A stretch of 63,526 nt of DNA, counting the filler, from Globobulimina sp. (Eukaryota), in assembly GCA_003354225.1 (NCBI GenBank). It is 14 parts of 14 records of this genome, joined end to end, with 100 filler letters (N's around TTAATTAATTAA, not from the genome) between each part and the next. Parts side by side here need not be neighbours in the genome. Positions count along the whole stretch, not along the records: positions 40,915 to 45,358 come from PIVH01001240.1; positions 45,459 to 49,901 come from PIVH01001241.1; positions 50,002 to 54,443 come from PIVH01001242.1; positions 54,544 to 58,985 come from PIVH01001243.1; 10 more parts are not named here. One strand, written 5' to 3'. Made by a program: the position numbers and the translations under genes. Under the pieces are notes generated by a model. The model ran no database searches, was not told where the DNA came from, and saw nothing but the letters and a program-made list of their open reading frames with translations. Shown here piece after piece: positions 44,324-55,551 of this stretch (position 1 is its first letter; every line of letters begins with the position of its first letter).

Positions 44324-44894
44324 TAATAACAACATCATACTGTATAATATGTTTGCATTTGTTAGTTGAAAACGTTAAGAATGAATACCGTTAATTTGTT
44401 CTGACGATGAAAAATTAATTACAAACATTGTCATTGTTAACATTTTACGTTTGATTTATATAGAAAATAATGTTAACATTTTACCATAATAAATGTGAAA
44501 CACATTCAAAATTAATCTCCGCAAAATTGTGTGTCCGAATAAAACAGGCATCAAAGGAAATGATGATACAACAGCAAAAACTCTTTTTGGTATAACAATC
44601 GGGAAAAAAACGTCATTGTTCAAGGAACTGTCTAATATTTTTTCTCCATGCACCAAAACGTGATGAACGAGGCGAGGTTATGTATTGGAGATTTGTGTTA
44701 ATGCTTCAAAGCTAAGAAATCCAATTAAACCAAATCTATAATCCAATCCACACCAGAAAATATTTGGTGTAGTACTGCACTTTGATATTCTTATTGGCGG
44801 AAAGAATCCTGTGTTTGTGGAATGATACTAATTTTAATGTTGACTGATGTACTGTATCTGGAATAGTGTACTGCCGATATAATGTAATGATTTG

Positions 44895-45358
44895 TCAAAA
44901 CAAATGTTGCCATTTCTGCAACATTTTCGTACATTTTTTCTGTGGATCGCCAAAGTACCATCGTAACATTGCAATTCGTTTTCTAGTTTCACTCCAATCA
45001 CTTTTATTATTTATTTTATTTCCATAACATTTCAATCCAATTTCTATTGATTTCCCAATGTATTGTAAACATTTATCAATTGCAATACAATCACCACTAT
45101 GATTATTATCACTATTATCATTGGCATTTATTTTCATTAAAATATCAGCACAACGACTCAATAAATTCATTTTCAAAATTGGATATCCGTTATATTCATT
45201 ATCTAAAATATGTATTGCCATTTCAATGTTATTTACTGTTTCATGTCGACGTCTCAATAAATTTGTGTATTTTGTGATTATATCATCTTTGTTGGATTTC
45301 ATATTAAGACATTCCTTACATTTGCATAAAACTGAATATTTATTTAATAATATTTCTT
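44895..45358 (-). CDS. C-terminal fragment of a probable SMYD-type SET protein
   Basis: Starts EILLNKYSVLCKCKECL (post-SET-like CxCxxC) followed by a helical tail. Confidence 0.45.
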
Positions 45359-45669
45359 NNNNNNNNNNNNNNNNNNNNNNNNNNNNNNNNNNNNNNNNNN
45401 NNTTAATTAATTAANNNNNNNNNNNNNNNNNNNNNNNNNNNNNNNNNNNNNNNNNNNNGAATAATGTATACACTGCATCAATTGGTTTGTATTTTTGATA
45501 ACTTTCGTTTCCCTCACCTGAGCGTTGGATGCCATAACCACAAATAAATAGTTTATTCCTAAGTTCTTCACTGTCACCTTCTATACGTTGAGTAATTTGT
45601 TCAGTTTTATCTTTCCGAGTAATTATTGTAGTAACAACATATTGATTGGTAAGACAGTATTAGATACTT

Positions 45670-46470
45670 TGGGAAATGGTATTGTTACTTACAGCATTAC
45701 CAGCCCGGGTAGTAGTGTAGCATTAACAGTTTCAAGACATAACTTTCACACTTATATTGACAGCTTGCAAATTACAGGAACATGTACTTTCCCGCCGGCT
45801 GTCGAAACGCTTGCAACAAGTTCAGTAGGACAGACAAGTGCAATTGCCAATGGAGAAATCATAAATGATTACGGGTATCCGGTTATAGAAAGCGGCTTTG
45901 TTTTCGGTGCGAATCCAAATCCAGAGGTCAATGGGGATAGTGTAATACAGATACAAACCTCACCTACAGTAACTTTCGGCACTTTTTCGGCTCTGCTTAA
46001 TGGGCTTACAGCAAATACAATTTATTATATTAGGGCCTACGCGATAAATGCCAACGGAATCAATTATGGTTCTAATGATGTTTTTGCTACTTCTCCATTA
46101 TCGACAACCCTGCCATGGATCGAAGACTGGGAAGAAGTAAATACTACCACTTACACTGTAGACGCATCGTTTATCGAAGGTGCCTCAGAGTGGGAATACA
46201 ACATCGTCGATGAAGGTGGGAGGCTGCGGTTTGAGGCTGGAAGTGGCTTTTATCATGGAGGATCCAATGCAGCCACTATCGACAAAGAAATAAGCGGGAA
46301 TACCAATACAAATTTTCTTACTGCGAGTTTAAATCTGGAAAACTATAGTGGAGCAACAGATTTGGAATTATCCTTCTATTTCATGCACCACAACGATGAA
46401 CCCCATTTAAACGATCGTGTGTGGATACGTGGTAGCTTTGCTGATCCATGGATTGAACTATATAATCTGG
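45670..46470 (+). CDS. Fragment of a bacterial-type secreted/surface protein (FN3-like module plus a further beta-rich domain)
   Basis: PAVETLATSSVGQTSAIANGEII.DYG.PVIESGFVF...FSALLNGLTANTIYYIRAYAINANGINYG; LPWIEDWE...LNLENYS...LSFYFMHH.DE. Both ends run into unrelated sequence. Confidence 0.7.
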
Positions 46471-47010
46471 GAAACATAGGGAATAAATCAGTAAATAAAC
46501 GGATACAAAACCATGCAAATAACCAGGATGCGGGGAATGAGTACATTGAATAATAACTGCAATAATAAATTGAACCAAACAAAACACAGCCAACACTTAT
46601 ATGTTTTTTGCAAGAAATTCAGAAATTTCTAGTGTTTTCAAAAGGTAATACAGATTACAAACGACAAACGTTGTTGAGCTGGTATTAAATGAATGCATCA
46701 TTGAAGTAACACCATACGGATTATGGTTTAATAACGTATGACATGAATAAAATGTACCATTCCAACCAGATGGCTTTTTAATGTTTGCTTTATTAACTTC
46801 ATAATCTGATAATGATGGTGCTTCATACAAAGAATTCGAACAAGATGTTGATTTTTGCTTGGATTTGGATTTTGATTCTGGTTTATATTTTGATTCTTGT
46901 TTGTACTTTGATTTTTGTTTAGATTTTGCGACAGAACTCATAGGAGATGCACCACGTAATAGACCATGATAATTTATGTTTATTCGATGGGAAAGACGCA
47001 ACCATGACAT
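46470..47010 (-). CDS. Eukaryotic hypothetical protein (frameshift or stop near 46597; truncated by a junction with bacterial DNA)
   Basis: ATG 47010, presequence-like start, SKQK/SKYK repeats and a hydrophobic continuation past 46597. Confidence 0.4.
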
Positions 47011-47066
47011 GATAATTCACATACTATACTTGCTCCAAACTCGTCTCATGCTCACCTAGCTTGGTC

Positions 47067-48350
47067 ATGGCGGTTGGTACTGATTTATGGGAATTGATTC
47101 TAGATTTAAAGTCGCGATTCGATGGATTAGGTACACCATCCCAATTTGTGACATTATCACTCGGATCACTGCTTTGTTCATTTATTTATGGCTATTTGTT
47201 GGATGGATGGATAAATGAGGATGTAATGCATGTGGACAATTATACAGTGATTGCGCAATCTGAGAATCTATTTGCAATGTTAGCAGCAATAACACACGCT
47301 TTGTGTGCTGCATTTGAACGTATATTGCGTGACGCATTCACCATTGCAAAAGCAAAAGAACACGAAGATAATGATGTGGTGAAAGAGGAGGACAAAGCTG
47401 AGTTGATAGGTTTATTGGCATCCATCAAAATAAAAAAAGAAACGGAAATGGATAGCAATGAGTCCAACGCTCTGCAATTTAATATAATAAACTCTATATT
47501 TTACAGGGATGCATCATTGCGAAGTTATATGATGTACAGCACATTGGAATCATTGGGCATATTATGCTTGAATTGGAGTCTATTGTATGTGGACAAACAT
47601 GTTTGTGCCATATTTAAATCAAACAAAATAATATTAATATTAATTGGTGAGGTCTTTTTTTTGAAATCGAAAGATGATATCAGTGGATTTGAAGTAACAT
47701 CCATTTTGGGAGTGGCAGTCTCGATGATGTTACTATCATTGTCTGAATTGGATGAATTGTATCATTTTGATTTAAATGGTATTCCGCTCATTTTATTTGG
47801 TATTTTAGCATCCGCATCGGCACCGATATTGGCCAAACAATATATTTTTACCAAATATTCACCAAAGAGAACCGAAGTATTATTCTTTCATAAATTCTTT
47901 ACAGCAATCTTTCTTTTTATGGGGGTTTTACCACAATTTATTCAGTTATTTTTCTATGAAAATTGGTTCAATGAACATTTATTAGGATTTGCAGAAATGT
48001 TGATGTTATCAATTGTTTCTTATTTTAGTTTATCATTAATGATGATTATTATTGACATATTTGGCCCTACAAATTCGGAATTGGTTGAATGTACATCATT
48101 GGTGACTTCAGTATTATTTTCATATTATTTTATTGAGGCTGGCTCTGAATTTGTGCTTGTCCATATTTTAGCTATGGCTGTGTTTGTTATCTCATTTGGA
48201 TTGAATGTTAAAAATTTATCACAACAGCAAACACAAATTGATAAATTGAATAAAGAGCAAGAGATTCAAATCTTAGAATCTACTTTAAATAAATTTAACA
48301 AACATCAAGACATTAAAAAAAGGGATGAAACTAGAACTGATCTCAAGTAA
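47067..48350 (+). CDS. Nucleotide-sugar transporter-like protein (SLC35/UAA family, DMT superfamily)
   Basis: About 10 TM segments; LNWSLLYV....AIFKSNKIILILIG; IDIFGP. Confidence 0.7.
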   Translation: MAVGTDLWELILDLKSRFDGLGTPSQFVTLSLGSLLCSFIYGYLLDGWINEDVMHVDNYTVIAQSENLFAMLAAITHALCAAFERILRDAFTIAKAKEHEDNDVVKEEDKAELIGLLASIKIKKETEMDSNESNALQFNIINSIFYRDASLRSYMMYSTLESLGILCLNWSLLYVDKHVCAIFKSNKIILILIGEVFFLKSKDDISGFEVTSILGVAVSMMLLSLSELDELYHFDLNGIPLILFGILASASAPILAKQYIFTKYSPKRTEVLFFHKFFTAIFLFMGVLPQFIQLFFYENWFNEHLLGFAEMLMLSIVSYFSLSLMMIIIDIFGPTNSELVECTSLVTSVLFSYYFIEAGSEFVLVHILAMAVFVISFGLNVKNLSQQQTQIDKLNKEQEIQILESTLNKFNKHQDIKKRDETRTDLK

Positions 48351-48372
48351 TTATATAATAAAAACATTGTTT

Positions 48373-49802
48373 TTAGTTTAATCGCCTTTTCTTTGTGGGA
48401 TGATTATTGCAGTTCTCATCATTGTTGTTATCATTCTGACTTTCTTTCAATGATCTTTTCTTATTATTTTGCTGTAACTGGGACAAATCAATTCGATCAA
48501 ATGAATGATCAACAAATGTAAAAGGAGTGATTTCTTTCAACTCATTAACTTTTAATATTGCTTTTACGATTTGTGTAGGTGTTAAAAAATCATTGTTCTC
48601 CATAATAACACCATGGTCAAAATTATTTAATTTCCTTCCAATTTGTATAATACATCCAATTCTGTCCCATGCAAGAAATCCAAAAAAATATGTTAATATT
48701 TTTGAATACGGTTTAATTTTAAGCCAAGTATAAAATCTCTTCTTATAGGATGTTAACGAGGCTTCTCTACATTTTGCAAATTTAAAATATTGTCTTTTAT
48801 CCATTTTGGTTGTAAATGTATCAGATTCAATCAATCGCGAACCACATCCAATGTCAATATCCAATGATTCAACATAGATTGTATCAAAATCATTTCCTTT
48901 ATTTTTCCGTAATGCTTCTATATAATCATCATCTTCCTCTTCCTTATCATCCTCTTTATTATCATCCGCATCACAAAAATCTGGCGCCTTATTTTCATGC
49001 TTTTTTGCTTCAAACTTAAAATATTTCCATTTTTTAAATACTTTCACCTGTCTCGGATACCAAATTGCTAAAATTGCCAAAATGGCCAAATTCTTGGATT
49101 TCGGACTGCATTTTGCTTGCATTTTATTTATAATACATTTTAAATATGATTTGATATGATTTAATATGATCAATGCAGAATATCTCGATGGCCGTGGTCC
49201 ATCACCAAAGGAGCGCATCATTTTAGTTATTGTCATTAGAAAGTGCTCCTTCTTAAATTGCTGATAATTTATATGTGAGGAACACGCATCAATGGTTCGA
49301 TCATTATCGTCCTCATAATCTGATATGGCACAAACACTCTCAAATTCAACTTTTTTCTTATTTACACGCGATAACTTCTCTATTTTTTTACGTATTTTAT
49401 TCGATGTGGAATAGCCAATATATTTACGACGACCTACACCAATACGCGACAATGCATTATTATTATTGTTAGTATTCTTATTCTCATTATCCAAATTATG
49501 CAAAGCAGTCTGCATTTTACGATCACGATTATTTGAATTTTTATTCTTATTCAGAACTGATGTCATCATTTCGAGATACGATTGTTGTGTATGTTTTGGT
49601 AATGACAAAATAAGTGTTTTTAATGTATCACGCTCCAACTTATGAAGCAATTTGCTTCTTTCGTTGAATGGTAAATCAAATATGGCCCGAAACAGTCTGG
49701 TTTTATCAAGAGATGGCGGCGGATTGGCTATCATTTGCACCTTCATTCCTGTCGACATAGTTGGGAATAATGTTAACCAGCTACTTTCTGAAGATGCCAT
49801 TG
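48373..49802 (-). CDS. SPT3: SAGA subunit Spt3/SUPT3H-like histone-fold protein
   Basis: ITKMMRSFGDGPRP (first histone fold) and RLIESDTFTTKMDKRQYFKFAKCREASL..KKRFYTWL...FGFLAWD (second fold). Confidence 0.8.
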
Positions 49803-50001
49803 TTTCAAAGCTAGCCAAACTGCCAAAGACAGAAGAAAAAAAACAAATAGTTCAAAAAAAGTTATATTAGGCGAGAGATTTGATTATGCTTCAAAACGAA
49901 ANNNNNNNNNNNNNNNNNNNNNNNNNNNNNNNNNNNNNNNNNNNNTTAATTAATTAANNNNNNNNNNNNNNNNNNNNNNNNNNNNNNNNNNNNNNNNNNN
50001 N

Positions 50002-51933
50002 AGAAGTTTTGAGTGTGGAATTTGCGATAAATAATCCAGCCAAACGGGCCATTTTCATCCCAATATTCGTTTTGATTCGAATCGTCTTCGAATTTTATGT
50101 AAACCCAAGGCTTATTTTGTAGCGGTTGGTACGCTTTTTTGTAGGAATTGTGTTGGTTAAAGGTGCCGTTTAATGAATATGCGCCGTCCAAGTTGTCAAA
50201 GCCAGTGCGTTGGACACAAATATAATTTTTATTCACTTGGTTGGCTGTAATGGGATGATTGCTCGGTTTGGGCGTCGGATTATTATTTGTATTGCTATCC
50301 GTGTCACAAACACCTTTTGTTAAACTTATTATTGCTTCGTTGCCGCTCCACGATGTGACCCAATGGCCGCTGCAGTTGGTCACATCCGATATGTTTGCCG
50401 CCAGCACACAATGTAGAAACCATAAGTTTTGCCCATTTTTGCTATCAATATCTCGATACACTATCCACGATCCATTGGATTTCGCTGCGTTGTAATATAA
50501 ATAAATAAATGGGCGGTGTAATTGCGGTAAATAGGATTTGAGGAACATTTGTTTTCCATTCAATGTGCCATTGGCAATGTAGGTGCCATCAAATGAGCCA
50601 CCGGCATGCCGTAAACATACCGCTGCATTGATTACTTGTGCTGCTATAATTGGTGCAGCTGTCGGTGCAGCACTCGGTGTTCTACAGTTTACATAAAGTT
50701 GACATGCTAACAACACAAAAACTGTTCAGTGTACTTAACAATGTCGGCGTAGAGGCAGCAGTGGGCGCAGTGGGAAATGTATCGCCTTCACACTGATTGG
50801 CTTCAATTCCGATTGGATACACATTGTCAAACTCATTGCCTGTAAACCATTGATTATTGCATGAGATGGGGTCATTATCGAACGTATAACAAATATAATG
50901 CGGAGCTAACCGCCATGACGCACCTCCAAAGGACAAATATCTCTCATCATTGGATCCATGCTCCATTTTGCTCCATGAATGATATCCATTTGAAATCGTA
51001 CCCGTTTTAATATAAGTGCCAGATATAAAATATCCGTCTCTATGCTGTGCTAAATCGACACAAATATATTCATAATCTGCGAATGGCTCAACATTTGCTT
51101 GCAAAGCATTACATTGTTCCGTTTCGTCTCCATCGGACATTAAGACATTGACATCGCGTAAAAAAGCACGTACCGTTTGAATGGTGGTCAATGTACCAAA
51201 AGGAAGTGCAACTTATCAGTGCACCGTAATCAGTCCAATCAAACCTATCATGATAACATTTTGCAATAATTGTTTGATTCACAGTGTCTTTAATAAACCA
51301 GCTCTCATCGCACGCACTGTAATAAATAATAAAAGCAGGGTTATTCTGCGAAATATAGACTGGGTTATACTGTCTGCTCTGACTCGCGTTGCCTGCCATA
51401 CCTTGAATCTTCCAGACACCATTTATATTCTCCACAATCTGCGCATCGCCCCATTGCAGGCCATAAATGCAAAATGTATTGTAATATGTGATCAGAATGG
51501 CATCAAATGATGAGAATAATTGCAAAGTTTCGAAGCCTAAGTCATGATCCAAACAAGTTTGACCTTTATAGCCTGGATTGCAAATACATGACAATGAGGC
51601 ATCGTCGTAATGGCCATGGTAGCGTTGGAATGGTTGCTGGCTGAAACCGCACAGAGTGTCGATGTATGGACATGTGATGGATAAACATTCCATTCCTATC
51701 GGACACACAACATTCACTGTGGCACCTTCGTCATGTCGATAGCAGCTCACATTGGAATTTATGTAAAGTCCGTCATTTATAGTTATAATCACATGGTCAT
51801 AGCCATGCATTTCAGCATTCCAACTCATACAAAATACATCGAAACAAGCAGCGGTTAACTTATTTGGCCCACTGTTGGTTTGCACGCAGCGCGAGTTTCT
51901 ATGTCCAAATGTTTGCACAAAGGTATTGTCCAA
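50002..51933 (-). pseudogene. Frameshifted secreted protein: leishmanolysin/GP63-like C-terminal Cys region, EGF-like motif and repeated extracellular modules
   Basis: FGHRNSRC..ACFDVFC..SC...ITCPYIDTLC; CICNPGYKGQTC; repeats (I/L/F)(N/S/D)G.(Y/W)...G....(W). Frame changes near 51150 and 50700; upstream part degraded. Confidence 0.55.
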
Positions 51934-52387
51934 ATGCGATGTGTCTGTCTGGATGTAACCATATTATATCGGCAGCAGATGCATTCTTATCAATATTATG
52001 CGTATCAATGGCACAGCTCGCGGTGTCCCAAAATATATTCTTTGATTGTAAATACAACTCGATACTTTCACTGTATCCCTTGATAACACATTTTTTTGTT
52101 TTACGTTTAAACGTTCCAGATTTGACATAATCTGGAAACGATTTCCAATCTTAACCAACAAGATTACGTGGTTTTTGCTCATTATTCCACTTCCTGAATT
52201 CAATCAATTTTAAACATAAATTGCCGGTACCGTCGATGCATTTTAGCGCTAATTTTTTGAAAATCTTTTTTTATTGATTCAATTCTTGTTGCGGTGGTGT
52301 CCATGTTTATATTATTAATTTTTCTTTTTTGATGTTTCAATAATATTTGCGGCGGTGTTTTCTAATTATATCTCATAATTTAAGCGA

Positions 52388-52443
52388 ATTATGAGTTTAG
52401 ACATGACATTTTGTGCAAAATGTCATGTCATGTAGCTGCATTT
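52388..52443 (-). repeat. Palindromic repeat family, divergent copy 4 (different contig)
   Basis: Reverse complement reads AAATGCAGCTACATGACATGACATTTT-gcac-AAAATGTCATGTCTAAACTCATAAT. Confidence 0.75.
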
Positions 52444-53201
52444 CATATTTTGCGCATCTTTGGCAAAAGCAAACTTTAATATTGGCAAAATACTGCTGCA
52501 CATTCTCCACACTTTGCGCTCCTCACGCCTCGCCATACTTATTCCTAAACACATTCTGGAAATCCTGGTCCTTTTCCAATGTGACAAAGCCCTCCATCGC
52601 AATCAACTTATTAATATTCTATCAATTTTTATATTATCGCATAATACCCGGCATATTTCACTACATATATCGCACCGAGCGGTGCGGCCTATGAACCTGT
52701 GCCAGTGGCTTCAGATTGGTGGTAGCTAACTTCTTCATAGCATTGTCATTATTATATGGATAATATTAACTGCTTTCGTCGATTCATTATTGTATATGCT
52801 TTCAAAGCGTTTGGTTTGTTCTGATGATATTTTCCAGCTATTTCTTGTTGTAATGAACAATAATAATTTGCGATTTTTATTCTGTTTAAAATGATAAATT
52901 ATGAATGGAATAAATATCTGTAATAGAAATAATACCATAATTGAATGATTAACTGCGGATAACACTCAGTCTAAACAGTCAGACATGTATTTGTAAACTT
53001 ACTTGATGACGTTACTATTTTTACAGTTCAGTTAGCAGAGCGTGAACGGAGTTACACTATAAAGAACAATGACGAAAAACAGAAATACAAAGAACATTTT
53101 ATTAAATATCTCACGGTAGCAAATATAATGATAATAAATTATTTAACAACGCTCATTTGAATATAACTCGCATTTAATTTAATAATATCATTCGTTGATC
53201 C

Positions 53202-53268
53202 TTGTGATGATTGGGATTTGAACCCGCATATTCTTCAAAAAGACGCTCTCATTGAGCTATCATCACAA
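53202..53268 (-). ncRNA. tRNA-like element 1 (truncated anticodon arm)
   Basis: TTGTGATGA-TA-GCTC aatga GAGC-G-TCTT tttg AAGA-ATATGC-GGG ttcaaat CCC-AA-TCATCACAA: 9-bp acceptor-type stem, D arm and GTTCAAA B-box/T arm. Confidence 0.65.
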
Positions 53269-53584
53269 ACTATTTTAGTGGAATGGCACCGTATTAAATA
53301 CGTCAATGGCACCGAATACTGCACCGCATATTGCCCGAATAATACAGCATCGATATCGGTGCTACGCACCTCATAAAATACGCCATATAGCACTAAAATA
53401 CCTCTCTTCATAATATACGGCATCGATGAATACACCGCCACACTCTCATAATAAACGGCATCGATCGATGCCATATTCCTTCACATTGCAGATATAAATC
53501 TGTGCTACGGCACCTCTCCAAATAACGCATAATACGCGGCAGTTTGATCGGTGCGGAGCACCTCATACAATCCCATAAAATACA

Positions 53585-53971
53585 CCCATTGAGGCACCAA
53601 ATAATATGCCCAATGAGGCACCAAATAATACGCCCAATAAGGCACCAAATAATACGCCCAATAAGGCACCAAATAATATGCCCAATGAGGCACCAAATAA
53701 TATGCCCAATAAGGCACCAAATAATACGCCCAATAAGGCACCAAATAATATGCCCAATAATACGCCCAATGAGGCACCAAATAATACGCCCAATGAGGCA
53801 CCAAATAATATGCCCAATGAGGCACCAAATAATATGCCCAATGAGGCACCAAATAATATGCCCAATGAGGCACCAAATAATATGCCCATTGAGGCACCAA
53901 ATAATATGCCCAATAAGGCACCAAATAATATGCCCAATAAGGCACCAAATAATACGCCCAATGAGGCACCA
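53585..53971. repeat. Tandem repeat, ~16 copies of 24 bp (RAGGCACCAAATAATAYGCCCAAT) built from two related 12-mers
   Basis: Directly visible. One unit lacks 12 bp (~53752-53763). Degenerate related GGCACC/AATAC units extend to ~53280. Confidence 0.97.
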
Positions 53972-54029
53972 TAAATAATACCAATGGTTTCCTTTTCTAA
54001 ATCAATTCATTTATTTGAATACGTTTATT

Positions 54030-54102
54030 TGGAGCTGCCTCAGGCTTTGAACCTGAATCTTCTGGATATATCTATCCAGTGCTCTACTTGAGCTAGGCAG
54101 GC
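54030..54102 (-). ncRNA. tRNA-like element 2 (73 nt, 8-nt anticodon loop, ends in CCA)
   Basis: GCCTGCC-TA-GCTC aagta GAGC-A-CTGGA tagatata TCCAG-AAGAT-TCAGG ttcaaag CCTGA-GGCAGCT-CCA. All four stems pair, with one acceptor mismatch. Confidence 0.75.
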
Positions 54103-54545
54103 GTTTGAGGATTGTCCATTGGATTGAGATTGCATTTGCAATTCACAATCATCCAATGACTGACTTTTTGATAATACTGTGTTTCCATGACGAACAATCT
54201 ACAAAGACTGTGTTTTTTGAAAAAAACAGTATGTTGGTAGTTTGTTTTTGAATGCAAAACAGGAACATTTCTATACCTTAGTTTTATGTTTCGATTTCGC
54301 ATTTTCAAAAATTAATACATAAATATCCATATTGTACCATATGACTTTCCATATTGTTCTTTTTTCCATTTTTCTTCTCCTTTCGTTAAAATAAGTTTGT
54401 ATCCAGCATGTACCATCAATTCTGGACGTGTACCAACTGCAATNNNNNNNNNNNNNNNNNNNNNNNNNNNNNNNNNNNNNNNNNNNNTTAATTAATTAAN
54501 NNNNNNNNNNNNNNNNNNNNNNNNNNNNNNNNNNNNNNNNNNNTC

Positions 54546-55510
54546 GCTTCAATCGAAATCATACAACAAAAGCAAGACTCTATTTTCTCAACAACGAAAT
54601 TACATACTCCAGTGAGGGGAGCCACTGCTCATGTCATAGATGGCTATTTATTGGTGGTAGGAGGATGTAAAGGACCTAAACAACATATAAATACTGTGCA
54701 GTTGGTGGAAATTGATGAAGTCATTGCAGAAAAAGAAAAAAAGAATTGGAATTCACTCAATTCAGCAATACAGAGTTTAGATTGAATAAAGAGAGATCGT
54801 GTCATATGTCTGCTTATAGTGAGAAGCAAAGGAAGTTATTTGTTCTCGGTGGATTTGACGGATGGGAGTGTTTGGATTGTATCGAGGTTCTGGATTTGAG
54901 CGTTTCTATCAAAAAAACAATTGCAATGCAAGAGGAAAAAGTGGACAATAATCCATTTCAAGATTTTGATAATGTCAATTTTGTAAAATTTGGGAAATTG
55001 CCCAACGAACTTAAAAATAGTACGTGTTTCATCAATGAAAAGAATCAAAATATTTATACATTTGGTGGGTGGGATGGCAAAAATACTCTGGATTCAGTGT
55101 GGTCGATATCAACTTGCGACGTCGACGCCAAATATCAGTTTATTGGTTTTCTCCCACGAAAAAGTGAAGGACATGCCATGGTGCACATTGTAGAGAGTGA
55201 GAGTGTGTTTATATTTGGGGGCTTTGATGGTTTTGCTGTTACAAATCGAATTATTAAATTCAATATAAAGACGAAAGCGAGTTGTATTGTTGACGGGGAA
55301 ACATTGTCTGAAACAAGGGAGAATTTGGTGGCACAGAGAATAGAGAACAACACAATTATTGTATGTTCTGGATGGAATGGTCGCCAATCTTCAAACATAA
55401 TCGATACTTTCCAGTATGATGGGAAAACGGATTCCATTCAACGGATAGATTCGCATCAACAAAAACTGCAAATTAAACGAAACAGACCAACAAGCATTGT
55501 AATAATGTAA
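54546..55510 (+). CDS. Kelch-repeat protein (5' partial; 1-nt frameshift in the A-tract at ~54735-54745)
   Basis: Repeated LLVVGGC, LFVLGGFDG, IYTFGGWDG, VFIFGGFDG and IVCSGWNG. Confidence 0.88.
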
Positions 55511-55551
55511 TTTAATGGTTAAAAACAATCAATATTTAATGTAATATGTTG

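Noticed and set aside
53585-53971. CRISPR array
   Set aside because: The repeats are contiguous with no unique spacers, and there are no cas genes.
53505-53984. Repetitive ORFs (YYLVPHWA, RHQIICPM, GILFGASL, PNEAPNN) as real proteins
   Set aside because: They are by-products of a 24-bp satellite whose unit length is divisible by 3. None has credible flanking coding sequence.
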